Assembly (NCBI GenBank): GCA_013239625.1
Contig: MU053629.1
Coordinates: forward strand, 2,073,567 to 2,137,566
DNA: 64,000 bases
Direction of reading: 5' to 3'
Source of the DNA: Lama guanicoe
Taxonomy: Eukaryota
Shown: positions 13,091-25,523 of the stretch, one piece after another
How positions within the stretch are numbered: the first letter of the stretch is position 1
How the letters are laid out: each line of letters begins with the position of its first letter
Notes under the pieces: generated by a model
The model's input: the letters and a program-made list of their open reading frames with translations, nothing else
What the model was told of the DNA's origin: nothing
The model's database searches: none
Made by a program: the position numbers and the translations under genes

Positions 13091-14599
13091 GTCTAAAGGG
13101 GCAGGAAACCAAAACTTAAAAGATTCTTTTAATGTATAAGACATCAATTGCTTGAAAATTTTTAGTGGGTCTTCTAGACTTGAGAAATTTCTCTGTCTAA
13201 AAATTGGAGTGCTCTGTAGAAATGTTTACTTTCCTTTGTTCCCTATATTTGCAGTCTAGGCTTCTCCAATGATAGTCATACTCTTCAATAGGAAATGACT
13301 ACTCAAGTCTTAACCCTTAATTAAGTCACACCTAAGTCTAAGACACTAAACGTCTCTCTTTCTCTGCCTGCAAGTAGCTGAGTCTTCACCTGTAACATCA
13401 TCCAGTACAGATTAGAGAGGTTTGCTGTCACCTGGGTTCAGTTTTGTCCTTGTACTGTCTGAGGACAAGCTGAATATTGGTGAACAAATGGAAGATTATT
13501 CTTCCTAGGCCAGACAGGCTTAGTATTCTTTAGCCATTACCCCCTGACACACACACATACCCCTTTTGTATGTGTATATGGAGGTGGAGAGTAAAGGGAT
13601 TTTATTATCTGGCTCTATCCTCAAGTCACATACTATACTATCTTGAGTGGCACTGTAGAAGGATGCCCTTTTCCTAAAAAGGGAAGAGAGGAAAGAGAAA
13701 TACTGCAGAGCTAAGATGGTCAAGGACACAGGAAAGACATAATTGAGGCTAAACACTGGGGAGCCTTGAGGATTGAGATAAATTTGTTTGCTCTGGAAGG
13801 AGGTGGAAGTTTTAGGGAGGAGGAGGTGAAGAGTATGATATTTCACAAGAGGTCGGTGGGAAAGTTCACTTAAACTAGGATTGAATGCCTACCGTGTGCT
13901 GTGCAATCAGATGAATGGCAGATAAGATTAAAAAGTTACAGTCATTAGAATGGTGGGTTGGAAAAGGACGGAATAGGGGACTTAAGATAATAAAAAGCAA
14001 CAAGATTTGGTGATAAAGGATGGTTTGGTGGAAAGGGTTTAGAAGGATTAGCAATGGGTACTTTGAAGAGGAAACCTAGTGATAATCCTAAAAAAAAAAA
14101 AAGAAACTGGAGAACAAAGGATAAAAATTTAGGGGGTTGATAACTTCGCTGAACCAAGGGATAAAATGGATGAAGCCACCAAGAGCTGTGCTTGCTCTTC
14201 TGTTCTTTGTGGATGTCCACGTTCAGACCCCTAACCGCCCTTTCCTCTCCCCACGGTTGGACACCTACAGAATTGGTGTCTTCCGTGTTTAAGATATGAT
14301 ACTTCCCCAGAGACCTCTCTGCGAGGAAGTCTGGTCCAGCGAGAGTTCTTTGCACGAGGAGAGAGCGTTAGGTTCGAGCTCTCCAACCCAGGTCTCCTCG
14401 AGTTTATCTCTGTTTTAACCGGCTCGCCGGGTTTTCCAGCATTCCCAGAGCTACGAGTCTCTAATCCGGGCTCCGTGTGACCGTGCATTCCGAGACCCAG
14501 GATTTGGCTCCTTCATCCAGGTTCCGGGTTTCCCTTGTGCTCTACTGCTCCAGACTCCACACTAGCCCGGAATCCAGATCCGAGGGCCCGGTAGTCCAG

Positions 14600-14869
14600 T
14601 GTCCGGGTCTTCCGGGCGGCCCTGGTTGTCCCGGATCGCGGCGGCGGCGGCGGTGGCGGCGGCTGAGGGACCCGCGGCCCCGGACACAGCGGCACCGGCC
14701 ACGCGGGGCGGAGCGGCGCGAGGAGGGGGCGGAGAGCCGGAGCCGAGGCGGGGTGGGGTGGGGGGGAGGGGCCGCGGGAACGGATGGCGGCCTGGGCCCC
14801 GTAGCAGTGGCGGCTCTACGGCCCGGGGCCCAGGCGGCGGAGGTGGCGGCTCCCGGGACCGGCCGCGCG
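14600..14869 (+). other. ZNF609: ZNF609 non-coding exon 1 (5' end approximate)
   Basis: GC-rich leader ending in a consensus donor GCG|GTGAGT (GT at 14870) inside the CpG island, upstream of the first coding exon. The TSS cannot be fixed from sequence. Confidence 0.75.
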
Positions 14870-14906
14870 GTGAGTCCGGAGCTTTGTGTGGAGCCGGGGC
14901 TGGGGG

Positions 14907-14956
14907 NNNNNNNNNNNNNNNNNNNNNNNNNNNNNNNNNNNNNNNNNNNNNNNNNN
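14907..14956. other. Assembly gap (50 N) flanked by G runs
   Basis: Run of N in the GC-rich start of intron 1; true length unknown. Confidence 1.
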
Positions 14957-17900
14957 GGGGGGGTCGTTGCGTGGGTGGGGGAGGGGGCGTCGAGGGGCGC
15001 GGGGTGAAGTTCAAAGCGTGGCCGGGGCCGGTTCAGGCTGAGGTTAGGGGTGCCCGAGAGGGGATGGAGGTCTCGCCAGGTTGTGGGGACAGGCCAGAGA
15101 GTTTCAGAGGCGAGTCTGGGTATCTTGAGGGGGCCCAGGGCGAGTGGGGCTAGTCAGGGAGTTAGTGGGGTGCAGAGCGAAGGGCTGGGAGCAGGACGTG
15201 TGCGCGGCCCAGGAGGTGGGGAGCAAGGTGGCTGGGAGTGTGCAGTAAGTAGGTTGTGGGTGTGTGCTCCTTCCAGTCTTCAGGTCACATTTACTCCTGT
15301 CCTTTTCTTCAAGATGGAGGGATCCCTGGGCCTGGCCCTTAACTGCTATCCTTGTACCCCCGGGAGGGTTGGTGACCCTGTCCTGTTTGGAAAACCCATG
15401 CTGCCCTCTTTTCCCTTTATGTGTAATTACGGTTGGATCATCTCTGTGCTTTGCTCAGATTCTCCTTCCTCCCTCTGGGGTTGAGGAGGAGGAGACACAT
15501 CTGACCAATTAATGTGTGTTTGTGAAACAGGCAGCAGCAAACAGTCATTTCAGCTTCTAGGAATTAGGCTCACACAGGGTGGAGAGAGATCAGACCCCTT
15601 CAGGGGGAATATTTCTGAACAAATCACAGATGATTAAATTCTCAAAGAAACAGCTTTCTACCTAAATGAGAGTGAGAAAGATGGGGTAGAAAGCCTGTCT
15701 GTTTCCAGCCATGTGTCCAGAGCCCCAGGGGTTGAGGAGAGTCCCCAAACCCCCACAGGCCTCTCTTTTCTGTATTAGGCTTTGCTCTGCAGCCTTGAGT
15801 TAATTTCACCCCTGCTGCTTTGTCTTGGGGGAGGGAGTGCTGGTTTAGGCTGTTGTGAGGAGATGACTGTTCTGCTGCCACACACAATAGTCGTGTCATT
15901 TTATCGGGAGTGCTACCCCAGGGCTGAGAACTGCTGCTGCAGAGATAAACCGGTCCCTCTCACCCGCCTATTGTGTACACAGTGAAGGTCATAGGTTCAA
16001 GTCTTGTCTGAGAGCTTTGGATATGCTCCATCTCCCAGGCTCCTCAGTGCCATTTTCTTCCTTTTCCAGACTGGGGCTTGCCATTGGAGGAGGCCAGACA
16101 GAAAGGCTCTTCTTTTTGAGTGAGGAACAATGCAGAGCTCATTGGCACACATTTTTCAGAAGAATAGGGAATGCCAGCCATGTTGTGCCTGCCTCTTTGG
16201 CTAGCCTGTACTAAGTTGTGGAGGGATGGTGGCTGGGAGACTCAACCCTGATGTTTGTGTCAGATCTTTAAGGAAGACGACTCCAAGTGGAGGGTTTTAC
16301 TCTTGTTTGAGCCAACATATTTAATTCTCATTCTTATAGAGGTAGGACACTCATCCAAGGATTTTTGTTTTATTTGTTTAGGAATACCACTAAAAACCTG
16401 TGCAGGGTTAAGATGGGGAGTCAGGAACCAGGTACCTTTTTAATGGTGACTTCCTGGTCAGAATAATTGCATAAGAAAAAAGCCACAGAATTTGCCTATC
16501 TGGGTAAGGGTTGTGGAAACAAAACAACTTTCCTTTTAATCTTTGATTCTGATGAAAGGAGGTGACTTGCTCATTGTGCAGAAAGTCCATATGTGTTTCT
16601 GTATTAGGGGGAAATTTGCCAGAGAGATGAATATTAAAAAAATCATTTGAGGTCTTAGAGGTTGTTAATGAGGGAAGAATGAGGACAAGCTAGAAGGAAC
16701 CCTATCCTTGTATATATCGCATAGAAGTTCCCAGATGGTATTTAGGTACTATAAATTGGGTAAAAAGTTTTTTGGGGCTGGAAATGAGGTTTCCATTTAG
16801 GACATTAAAGAAGACTTAAAAAGAGATGAGAAATCAAACTTATTGTGAGAGGGCAGTGGTACACAGTATACACTGTACGCGATAGCCAACCATTTCCTGT
16901 AGGATATTGTTGAAGAAGAACTTTAGCCTTTAGTTGTACTAAAGGTCTTTCCAAGGTTCTGAGTCTGACTGTGTTGCCACCTTTATCTCTTTATTTCAGT
17001 GAGTTTCTTAAAAATGATGCCTTGCCACTTAGGTGTTGGGCTTTGTTGGGAGGGAACAGGTTGTTCTGACCTTCATATTTCTTGTTGACAGGACTGTCTC
17101 AAGGTCTTACTAGAGGTGTTATCTGTCTTTAGACTGTTTCCAACTCTTATGTCCTAGGTCTCTGAGTGAAGCCTCAGCTAAATGAGTCCAGAGCTTTTTG
17201 CTCTTGGGCTTTTGGCATTCATTTCTGAATCCTGTCAGGTGACAGTGAAGGCAGAAACCTCAGATTAAATTTGCCCTGATTGGATTTAGTGGTTTCAGAG
17301 TTGGGCCCTTGCCACGAGTAGTCCTATGAATCTTCCGACTGTGACCATCTTTCAGAGAGCACTTTGGATTTTTCCTCCAGCTTCTTGTTAGAAAATGTTT
17401 CCTTGTGAGAGGTCTAGATAGCTGGGCAGATTAGTGCTTATTTTGTGAGGATATGGAAGCATAATTTTGGCTCCTGGTAGTAATTACATTGCAATTAGCA
17501 TATAGCAACTAAATGACTGGAACAGGATAATTTGTTGAGGGGTTTACTGATTGCTCTGTCAAGTAGAAGTGCCACTCCTTTCTTATTTCACTCAGAGCAC
17601 CAATGCCTGGGCTCAGCCATGGAGACTTAAGTGCAGGAACGATGTGTGGTCTCCAGAAGTTCTCGCTCTGTTCTCACTCTCGTCACTGCCAGGTACCATA
17701 GCACCTTCTAGTGCCACTTTCTCCTGCTCCAAAGGTAGCTAAGCAATTGTTAGTTCCCTTCTGGAAAACTAGTCATGGATGGGAATACTGCCAGACAGAT
17801 GGGGCCACTCTGAGATGAGGCAGCCGTATGTTGTGTGGCAAGTTTTCTTTTAAGCAGCTTAATTCTTCTGATTTTTAAAATTTATTTTCCTTTAGAAAAA

Positions 17901-20489
17901 CAAAAAAACCCCACCAACACTGAGGGGGGGGAACCCACAAAATACAAAATCACACAGTGTACTAAATATGCCTTCATGATCTCTCTCATAAAATTTGGCT
18001 ATGACAGGCAGAATGAAGATAGGCGGTGCTGATTGGCAGGTTCTGGGCCCACTAAGTGTCAGTGAAGGACTCTTCTCACTGGGGAACAGGTAATTCACCA
18101 AAGCACCTGCCTAGCTGGGCTTGTGGAATTGGTAGCAGCTGTGCAGCTGCAGAGGGATTATTGAGCAGGTGGTTAAAAGAATCACATGCCACAGTGACAA
18201 GAAAATACTTGGTCTTCTGTGGTTTAGGTTCAGTTCATATGTGTGAAATTCCTCTTTGTTTCACATTTCTTAATGCCTGATACTGGTTTGTTAGTGAGAT
18301 GGTAATGGAATACAGAAAAGAGATTCTTCCTTCCCTGTGTTTCTTTTAGGTTACTGAGTAGCATGCCTTAGACATGGTCCTCAGCCCTATTGTATTTCTG
18401 TGAGTTCTGGCTTTATGCCCTGTGAATGGGAAGGAAATAATGGTAATTCAGTGTTTCTCGCACTTGTTTATTAGGGAGAAATGGGAAAGAGAAAATTCTT
18501 TGCTTTTAGCGTGGTGAAAAAGATTTAGCCCACTGGGAGGATATCCAGCAGGTTTTATGCGAGGGATGTTAATTGCCTTTTTGTGTTAGGTCTACCTGAC
18601 ATGCCTTACTCAGGACATTTGCATGTGTTTTTATTTTATGAATGTAAGTCTCCACATGAAGTTTTTGTCTCTTTGGTTGTTTTATTCCATTTTCAGTTTC
18701 TCCTAGCACCTTTATCATTCTTTTTTCTGGCTTTGAAATTAACATCACTTGTTAGAATCAGATCACCAGACGGTCACAACATGTTAAGGAAGTATTTCAA
18801 CTAAATATTTATCTTAAAAACAAGTATAGTGTTTCCTATAACTTGAAGGAGGACTTTCTATTTTGAGATTTTCTGCAAATTTCCAGATTTTTCTTCTCAG
18901 TTATTATCATCATCTTCTGTTAATATGATTTTATTTTTCTTTCACGTGTTCATGCTACTATAGTAGCAGTGCCGTAGAGCCTAAAATTTAGAAGCAAGTA
19001 ACTTGGTGTTTATTTTCTGACTTTTTTAGTGTCCTGCAGTCATTTTCTGTATTAGGCTAAGCTGTGTGCTCCTTCTGTTGAAAAACACACACACGCAATC
19101 TAATTGAATTCACACGGTATTAATAAACAGTTGATTGACAGGAAATAAGTGATATTAACTGTTTTAGAGTTCAGAAGTCTCTTTTCCAAGTGGAGTGAAG
19201 GCTCTGATCTGTTAGATCAGAGATGTGGGTGAATGGATGGGTGGATGGATGGATAGATTGGTTTAGGGGAAAGGGAGGCAAATTATGTGACTTTGATGCC
19301 AGGACCGGTGGGCCACTGCAAAGGTAGGGACATTTGCAAGAATCTGTTTAAAACTAGTTTGTAACCTAGCTTTAAGTAGGAGTCTGGTGGTTATCTGTAT
19401 AGTATTCACTTCTTTATTTCCCCATATGAGCCATCATAGTTGGTTGTTTGTTTTAAACTGTTCACAAACCACCACATATTTTCCTAGCATTCTCAGTAGT
19501 TTGCTTCCTCATGCTTTCCCTCCTCCCCCATCGCCCATTCTTGTTCTGTGCTCTGAAGACTTCTCTAGCAGCTTGGAAACACTCTAATTACTGTAGCTAT
19601 TATAGTCACAACCCAGATCTTCCACCTCCTTCCCACTCACCCCTTTCTATCTTTCTTGCCCCTCCCTTTGCTCTAGCAGCAGGAGTTGAACTGCAGTCTC
19701 ATGAGCGCAGTCAGATCTGTGAATGAGCTTTATATCTTGTCAGGGAAGAACTCCAGATCCAACAGGGCTGATTTTCATGGTTCTCTTGCTGTTTGTTCTT
19801 GGATCAGAGTCCCAGAAATAAGAGATGACAAATACCTATTAGGTCACATCTAATCTATCACTCAGGAGCAAACCTACGATCTTTCTCTTGTCTCTGTGAG
19901 AAGTTTCTTCTTCTTTATGTTGCAGGTGAGAGCTGTCTGATGCCGGGCAAGCTCTGAAACTGCCTTCTTTTTATTGTGCTCTCTGGTCATTAATGTCAGG
20001 CCAGCTTTGCTCTCTTGGATTTTAATTCTTATCTCATTTTCAGGATTACTTCCTCCCAGCAAAATCTTTATCCCTTCAGCTTCGGTCCTTTCTTCTTGAT
20101 TGTTGGCACCACTTTTGTGTGCTCCTTTTGTACCATCAGTTGTCTGTGCCAGAAGTTACCACTTTTCAAACCTTTGCCACAAGGGTTATTGTGGCATCCT
20201 CTTGAGGAGGTGTGTTTGATGAAAGCACAGGACACACATCTCAGCAGGTGGTAGTTAGTAGGATGGCTCAGAAAATATGCACGAGGTTGTACTCTTAAGA
20301 AAGTCCTGTATTGTATGAACGAATACTGTTTCTTTCTCTTTGATTTGGGGCACTTCCTGTTCTAAGCCTTGGTTCTCTTCATATGGATGGATTTTATTAT
20401 TTTTGTGTGGCTTAGTTACAGTTCCAATTAAGTTATTTTCTGATTTAATAGTATAATATGTTTTATTTGTTAATGTAGCTTTTCAAAGC

Positions 20490-20650
20490 TTAGAGGAAAA
20501 AGCACAGAACTGGGAGTCATAAAACCTAGGTTCTGATCACTGTTTTGCCTCTAACTAGCTGTGTGACCTTGTGCTAGTCACGCCTGTGTTTTTCACTTTA
20601 CTTATATGTAAAGTGAGCACATTAGACAAGATCTTCTAAGGTTTCATTTA
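20490..20650 (+). mobile_element. MIR
   Basis: agcacagaactgggagtca...cctaggttctgat...ctaactagctgtgtgaccttg MIR 5'/core motifs. Confidence 0.7.
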
Positions 20651-21334
20651 GTGTTGAATTTTATGTTAACAAGATTGTGATGGAAGAATGAGACAAAAGT
20701 GGTTGACCTAAGTGAGCAGTTTTCTGTTGTTGTGTCCGTATTCAAAGGGGCTTAGTTCCTGGGGGTTTGATTCTCACTCCTCTTTGTTATGTTTGTAAAG
20801 TTTATGCTCTGCTTTATTTTTTTTAAACTAAGCTGTCTTCTTTTGGAGGGTCTTTGTACCCTGCTTCTGCAGGTTCACTAGTTTGCCGGTTGTGTCCTTT
20901 TCTAGCCTGCTCAAGCAGGCCAGGGTGGGGATCACAAAGCTGCAGAAAAAGAACCTGAGTTTGTGAGAAGGAAATGAAACCTGGAAGGATTTGCCTGATA
21001 TCAATAAGAAGTAATTTTATGCATTTAGTTAGGAATCTAAGACCTTTAAATCTCTTATATCTGAAATCATGAGCCAAATGGAACTGATTGTGGAGGTGGG
21101 TTAGGCATTTTTCCATTTTTGACCAGTTAGTGGAAAACCTACTTTGAATTAACTTTTTGGAATTGAGTAAGAGTTGCCCACTGTTTTGTTTAGGAAATAA
21201 AATTGTTATTTTTAATGCTCAAAATGCAAAATTTGGTGAAGTTTGACCAATGAGGGGATTTTCTGAAATACCCTCTAAAAGGGACTAAGCAATGGAAATG
21301 GTGGATGACTGTAGGAACTTTGAAATTGGCAGTA

Positions 21335-21544
21335 CAGGTGACCCTTGAACAATGCAGGGGTTAGAGCACCCCCCATCCCAACGGTAAAATAAAAAATCCT
21401 CATATAACTTTACAGTTGGCCCTCTAGTAGCCGAGGTTCCAACCAACTGTGGATCGTGTAGTACTGTAGTATGTATTTATTGAAAAAAATCCAGATATAA
21501 GTGGACCTGGGCAGTTCACATCTGTGTTGTTTAAGGATCAACTG
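21335..21544 (-). mobile_element. Tigger2-family (MER28/Tigger2a-like) non-autonomous TcMar element
   Basis: TIRs CAGGTGACCCTTGAACAA ... TTGTTTAAGGATCAACTG flanked by TA on both sides. Confidence 0.8.
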
Positions 21545-22049
21545 TAATTTTAGGAAATCTTTGCTTTCAAGCAGTTTAAAGGAATAAAATTGCATAACCT
21601 AGTTGTTAATTCCCCAAGTTAAGATTTTTACTAGTATTTCTCAGTTAATTTTTGGATTTGGAACATCCAGTAGCAGCTCTTTATTGAATGTTAAGAGGAT
21701 GATGGTCATTTCGTCTTTCTTTTTTTGGTAGGGGGCAGGCAGTGTTAACATAGGAAAATCACATGTTTAACCTATCTTTGAACATTGGAAGAAATATTCA
21801 TTGTTGTTAAATTTGTCCTTAAGACATCCACCAGTCTGTAATAGAAAAATTTGGTGGGTGCAACTATTGTTTATTTTTGACTCATAAAAAGTCCTGGGAG
21901 TGTTTTGCTTTATTCCCAGCCATCTGTAGCAGATTACTGATTTTCAGGTAATCTAAAGGTTATTTTGGGAAGTGCTTCACTTTAATGTGAGATTTTTTGA
22001 AAGACTTAAGTTAGAAATGTAAGTGGCTTTTGTAGGTAAGTTTGTTCGT

Positions 22050-22118
22050 TTGTTCTTTCTTTCTTTCTTTCTTCCTTCCTTTCATCCTTTTTTCCTTTCT
22101 CTCTCTCTTTCTTTCTTG
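22050..22118. repeat. (TTTC)n / CT-rich low-complexity tract
   Basis: ttctttctttctttctttcttccttcctttcatcc... seen directly. Confidence 0.85.
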
Positions 22119-22959
22119 TAGAATTTTTATTTGGAAAGTGGCCAGAGTAGGTGCCGTGCAGCCTTTGGAAATCAAACCATACCATGCTTGAAATCCAGAT
22201 CTGGCAGTTATGCCACATTGCATGCTGGTACCACATTGCATACTGGTACTTGTAGTTTCTTGGGCTGTAGTTCAGTATTTATCGAGGAAGGCAGAAGTGT
22301 CTGCTCTAGTCTATGTACAAAGTAAAGCCAGTGGGTTTTGGGTATGTTACCAGGGTATTCCTAGTAACATTCCTAGATGAGGACTTTGGATTTGGTTAGG
22401 ATGAACTTTTATTCATGTGAGCAGAAATGAATGTTCAAGAATGTGCCTTGTAACTTTAGTTACAAATTCTGAGGTTTGGTGTGAAACTCAGCATATATCT
22501 TTGTTGTGGAACTACTGCATCTAGAGCAGAGTCTTAAAGAATGGCATCAGAAATGGAACTGTAGGAAGAGGAATTGGAATTGTGAAGTTCATAGGGTGTA
22601 TGAATCTGAAAGGTATAGAGGAAGGGGGAAATTTTTTCTACTTAGTGTCTGCTTTCAGATGTACCTCCAGTCCATCATTTCTGAAACTTACCGTTTTCTC
22701 CCCTAAGCGTTGTAGTTCTTCCACTTGCCATGATACAAAACTTTGGCTTTGTATTTGTTTCTTTTTTCTTCCTTACCTCATCTAATCATTTACTAAATTT
22801 GAATCATTTAGATACCTTATCATTTAGCTTCACTTTTTCACCTGACCTCGTTCAGGCCTTTATCTGTATATTATTGCAGTAACCTCATGGTTAATGCTTC
22901 TTTCTGTGTTCCGTGCTACAGACTGCTGCAATATTATTGTAATTTTTATTTAGTTAATA

Positions 22960-23407
22960 CAGGCATACCTCACCTTACTGCACTTTGCAGATACTGCATT
23001 TTTTTCAAACTGAAGGTTTGTGGTAAGCCTGTGTTGAGCAAATCTCTTGGCACCATTTTCTCCAAGAACATTTCTTCACTTCATGTCTCTGTGTCACGTT
23101 TTGGTAATTCTCAAAGGTTTTAAACTTTTTCATTATCACTATATTTGTTATAGTGATCAGTGATCTTTGATGTTACTGCTGTGACTCACTGAAGTCTCAG
23201 ATGATGGTTAGCATTTTTAAATTAAGGTTATGTACTTTTTTTTTTAGATATAATGCTATTGCATACTTAATAGACTACAGCATAGTACAAACATAAGTTT
23301 TATATGCACTGGGAAACCAAAATAATTTGTGTGGCTCTGTTTACTGAGATACTGTCTTTATTGCGATGGTCTTGAACTGAATCTGTAACATCTTCGAGGT
23401 ATGACTG
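22960..23407 (+). mobile_element. Tigger1 internally deleted derivative
   Basis: TIRs CAGGCATACCTC ... GAGGTATGACTG with TA TSD; internal aaactgaaggtttgtggtaagcctgtgttgagcaaatct matches Tigger1. Confidence 0.85.
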
Positions 23408-23409
23408 TA

Positions 23410-24810
23410 CTTATTGAACACATATGTGCCAGGCCAGACATGATCCCTGTCCTTTCAGGACTTACAGATCTACTCGGGAGACCAGTGGTCAACTAATGAA
23501 TGTATGGTTAGGAACTGAAGTGCTCTGAAAGGAAAGGATTTGGTTCTGGGAGAGTGTGCAGCAAGGAACCCCAGTGTAGACTTTTAAATAGAGTTCCGAT
23601 CATTTCACTTCTTGCTGGAAAACCTTTAGTGGCTCCTTATTGCCTGATATTGCCAGCACCCAAGATCCTCTATAGCCTGACCAACCCTGGCCTCCTTCAA
23701 TCTTATTTCATTTATTTCTTGTTCTTTTTACAGTCATTCCTTCTGCTTATCCTATACTGTTCAGTCTCAACACCTTAGTTTTTTTCTTTTCTTTTTTGTT
23801 GCAATGCCCTTCCCTGCTCCAAGGTTTTAAGCTTCATATCTAACCCTTCCTTTAACCTGCCAAAAAAATTTCATCTCCTTCCTGAAGACTTTCTTAACTC
23901 TGTTCTTCCCACCAACCTATATCTCCAGAATTGATTTCATAGCCCTCTGTTTCTCTTTGACTTTTTGCAAGGATCTCTGTCACAGCATTTTATCACACCT
24001 TGTCTTTAATTATAATTACATGTGAATATATTTTCTTCCTCTCTCATTCTAAACTCATAAGACACCTGTGTCTCCTCTGTTCCCTATGGCTTCCAGCCCA
24101 ATGCTTTGAATATAACTTTATGCTCAATGCTTGCTGAATTGAATTGGAATTTGATTTTTGAAAACAGACACTTACTGTGATTTTTTTTCAGACCTCCTTT
24201 TATGTTAAGGTAGCTTCTGTTCAACACATTTTATCCCAAACTGAATAACCTAGGAGTAAGACACAGACTATGAAAGCCTTCAGAAATCCTTCAGACTCAA
24301 GGACAAGCATTTGTCGCCTTTAGTGCCTGCAGCAGTCTGTGGTTCCATATTTCCTAGATGATGGAAGACTTGCAGGGACGGGGAGAGGTAATATGTGGCA
24401 GACAGAAGCAATGTAGGTCAGTCACGGGAACCAGACTGATTCTGTTAGAGGAATATAGGCATTGTTGGGCCCTCTGGGTGTTGTTGACCTCCAAGAGGTC
24501 TTTTTAGTTTTTCTTATTTACTTCTTTCACTCCATAAATATTTATTGGATCCCTACTATATGTGAGGTCCTGTCCTACTTCTTAAAATCTATCAGTGAGC
24601 AAGATAGACAAAAAAATCCTGCTTCCGTGGATCTTGTTTTTTAACAAAAGGAAATAGAAATAAGCATAACAAATAAATAAATATATAGCATTAAGAGGGT
24701 GATAAATGATATGGGAAAAAATAGAGCAGAGTAACGGGAATTAGGTGTGTGGAGGAGGGGTAGGTGGGAGACGTGGGAGGTTTGCAGCTTTAAATAAGAT
24801 GGTCAGAGTG
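23410..24810. mobile_element. LINE-2 fragments (antisense about 23410-23550, sense about 23590-24145, antisense about 24520-24810)
   Basis: L2 3'-end motifs (atgctcaatgcttgctgaattgaat; cactccataaatatttattggatccctactatatgtg). Confidence 0.6.
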
Positions 24811-25369
24811 GTGCCAGTGTGTTACTGGGTTGTTAGGCACTTTCTTGAAGTTGCAGAGTGCCCTCCTGCCTAGCAGGGAGGAAGAGGCTATGTCTGCGGT
24901 TGTTCCAAAGAGTCTAGCTGACACTGAGCGGGAAATACGTTCTTTCCTTCTGGCTGCTCCTCTGGCTGGCATTCCTGGAAGTTAATCATGGTGAAAATTG
25001 CAGTCATGTCTGGAAGACGCCAAGGGTAGAACTGGAAGCCTCGTAGCCAGTTCTCTGAGGAGAGGGGCTTACTCTTCTGCTGACTGGGCCTGGGGTGCCT
25101 AGAGTAATGGGTGAGTTAGGCCTCTGAGTTTTCTCCTTCCTCAAAGGGAAAAGCCCAATATTGTGACCTTCCCTTTTTCTAGCGAGACCTCAGCAACTTT
25201 ATTTGGTGTAGCTCTTTAAAAATAAGCTTTCAAGGACTGTACACTTTGCTCCCAGCCTAAAAATTGAATTTTGACTTCCTCTCAATACCTATCTAGCTAT
25301 GTTCTGAAAGTCTCAGTACCTAATTCATTAGCCTGAGGATGAAGATGTCTTCTGATGTCTAGATGCTCT

Positions 25370-25523
25370 CTTTTTTTGTTTTAATTTTTTAATTTTTAAA
25401 AAAAAATTTATTTTGGGGGGAAAGTAACTAGATTTACTTAGTAATTTATTTTTAGGGGAGGATTGAACCCAGGACCTTGTGTATGCTAAGCATGCAGTTT
25501 ACCCCTGAGCTATTACCCTCCCC
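25370..25523 (-). mobile_element. tRNA-derived SINE of camelid type
   Basis: Reverse complement reads GGGAGGGTAATAGCTCAGGGGTAAACTGCATGCTTAGCATACACAAGGTCCTGGGTTCAATCC: Pol III A-box-like TAGCTCAG and B-box GGTTCAATCC, followed by an A-rich tail. Lineage call is from recall. Confidence 0.8.

Larger units (their letters stand above)
14200..15250. promoter_or_regulatory. ZNF609: CpG island, ZNF609 promoter
   Basis: Sharp rise in GC and CpG density in otherwise CpG-depleted DNA. Contains GC boxes (e.g. GGGGCGGAG) and the exon-1 donor. Confidence 0.9.

Noticed and set aside
14231..15512. Long GC-rich ORFs on both strands in the CpG island
   Set aside because: Stop-codon depletion in GC-rich DNA. 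Several span the N gap, start at non-ATG codons and give low-complexity Gly/Ala/Pro/Arg sequence.
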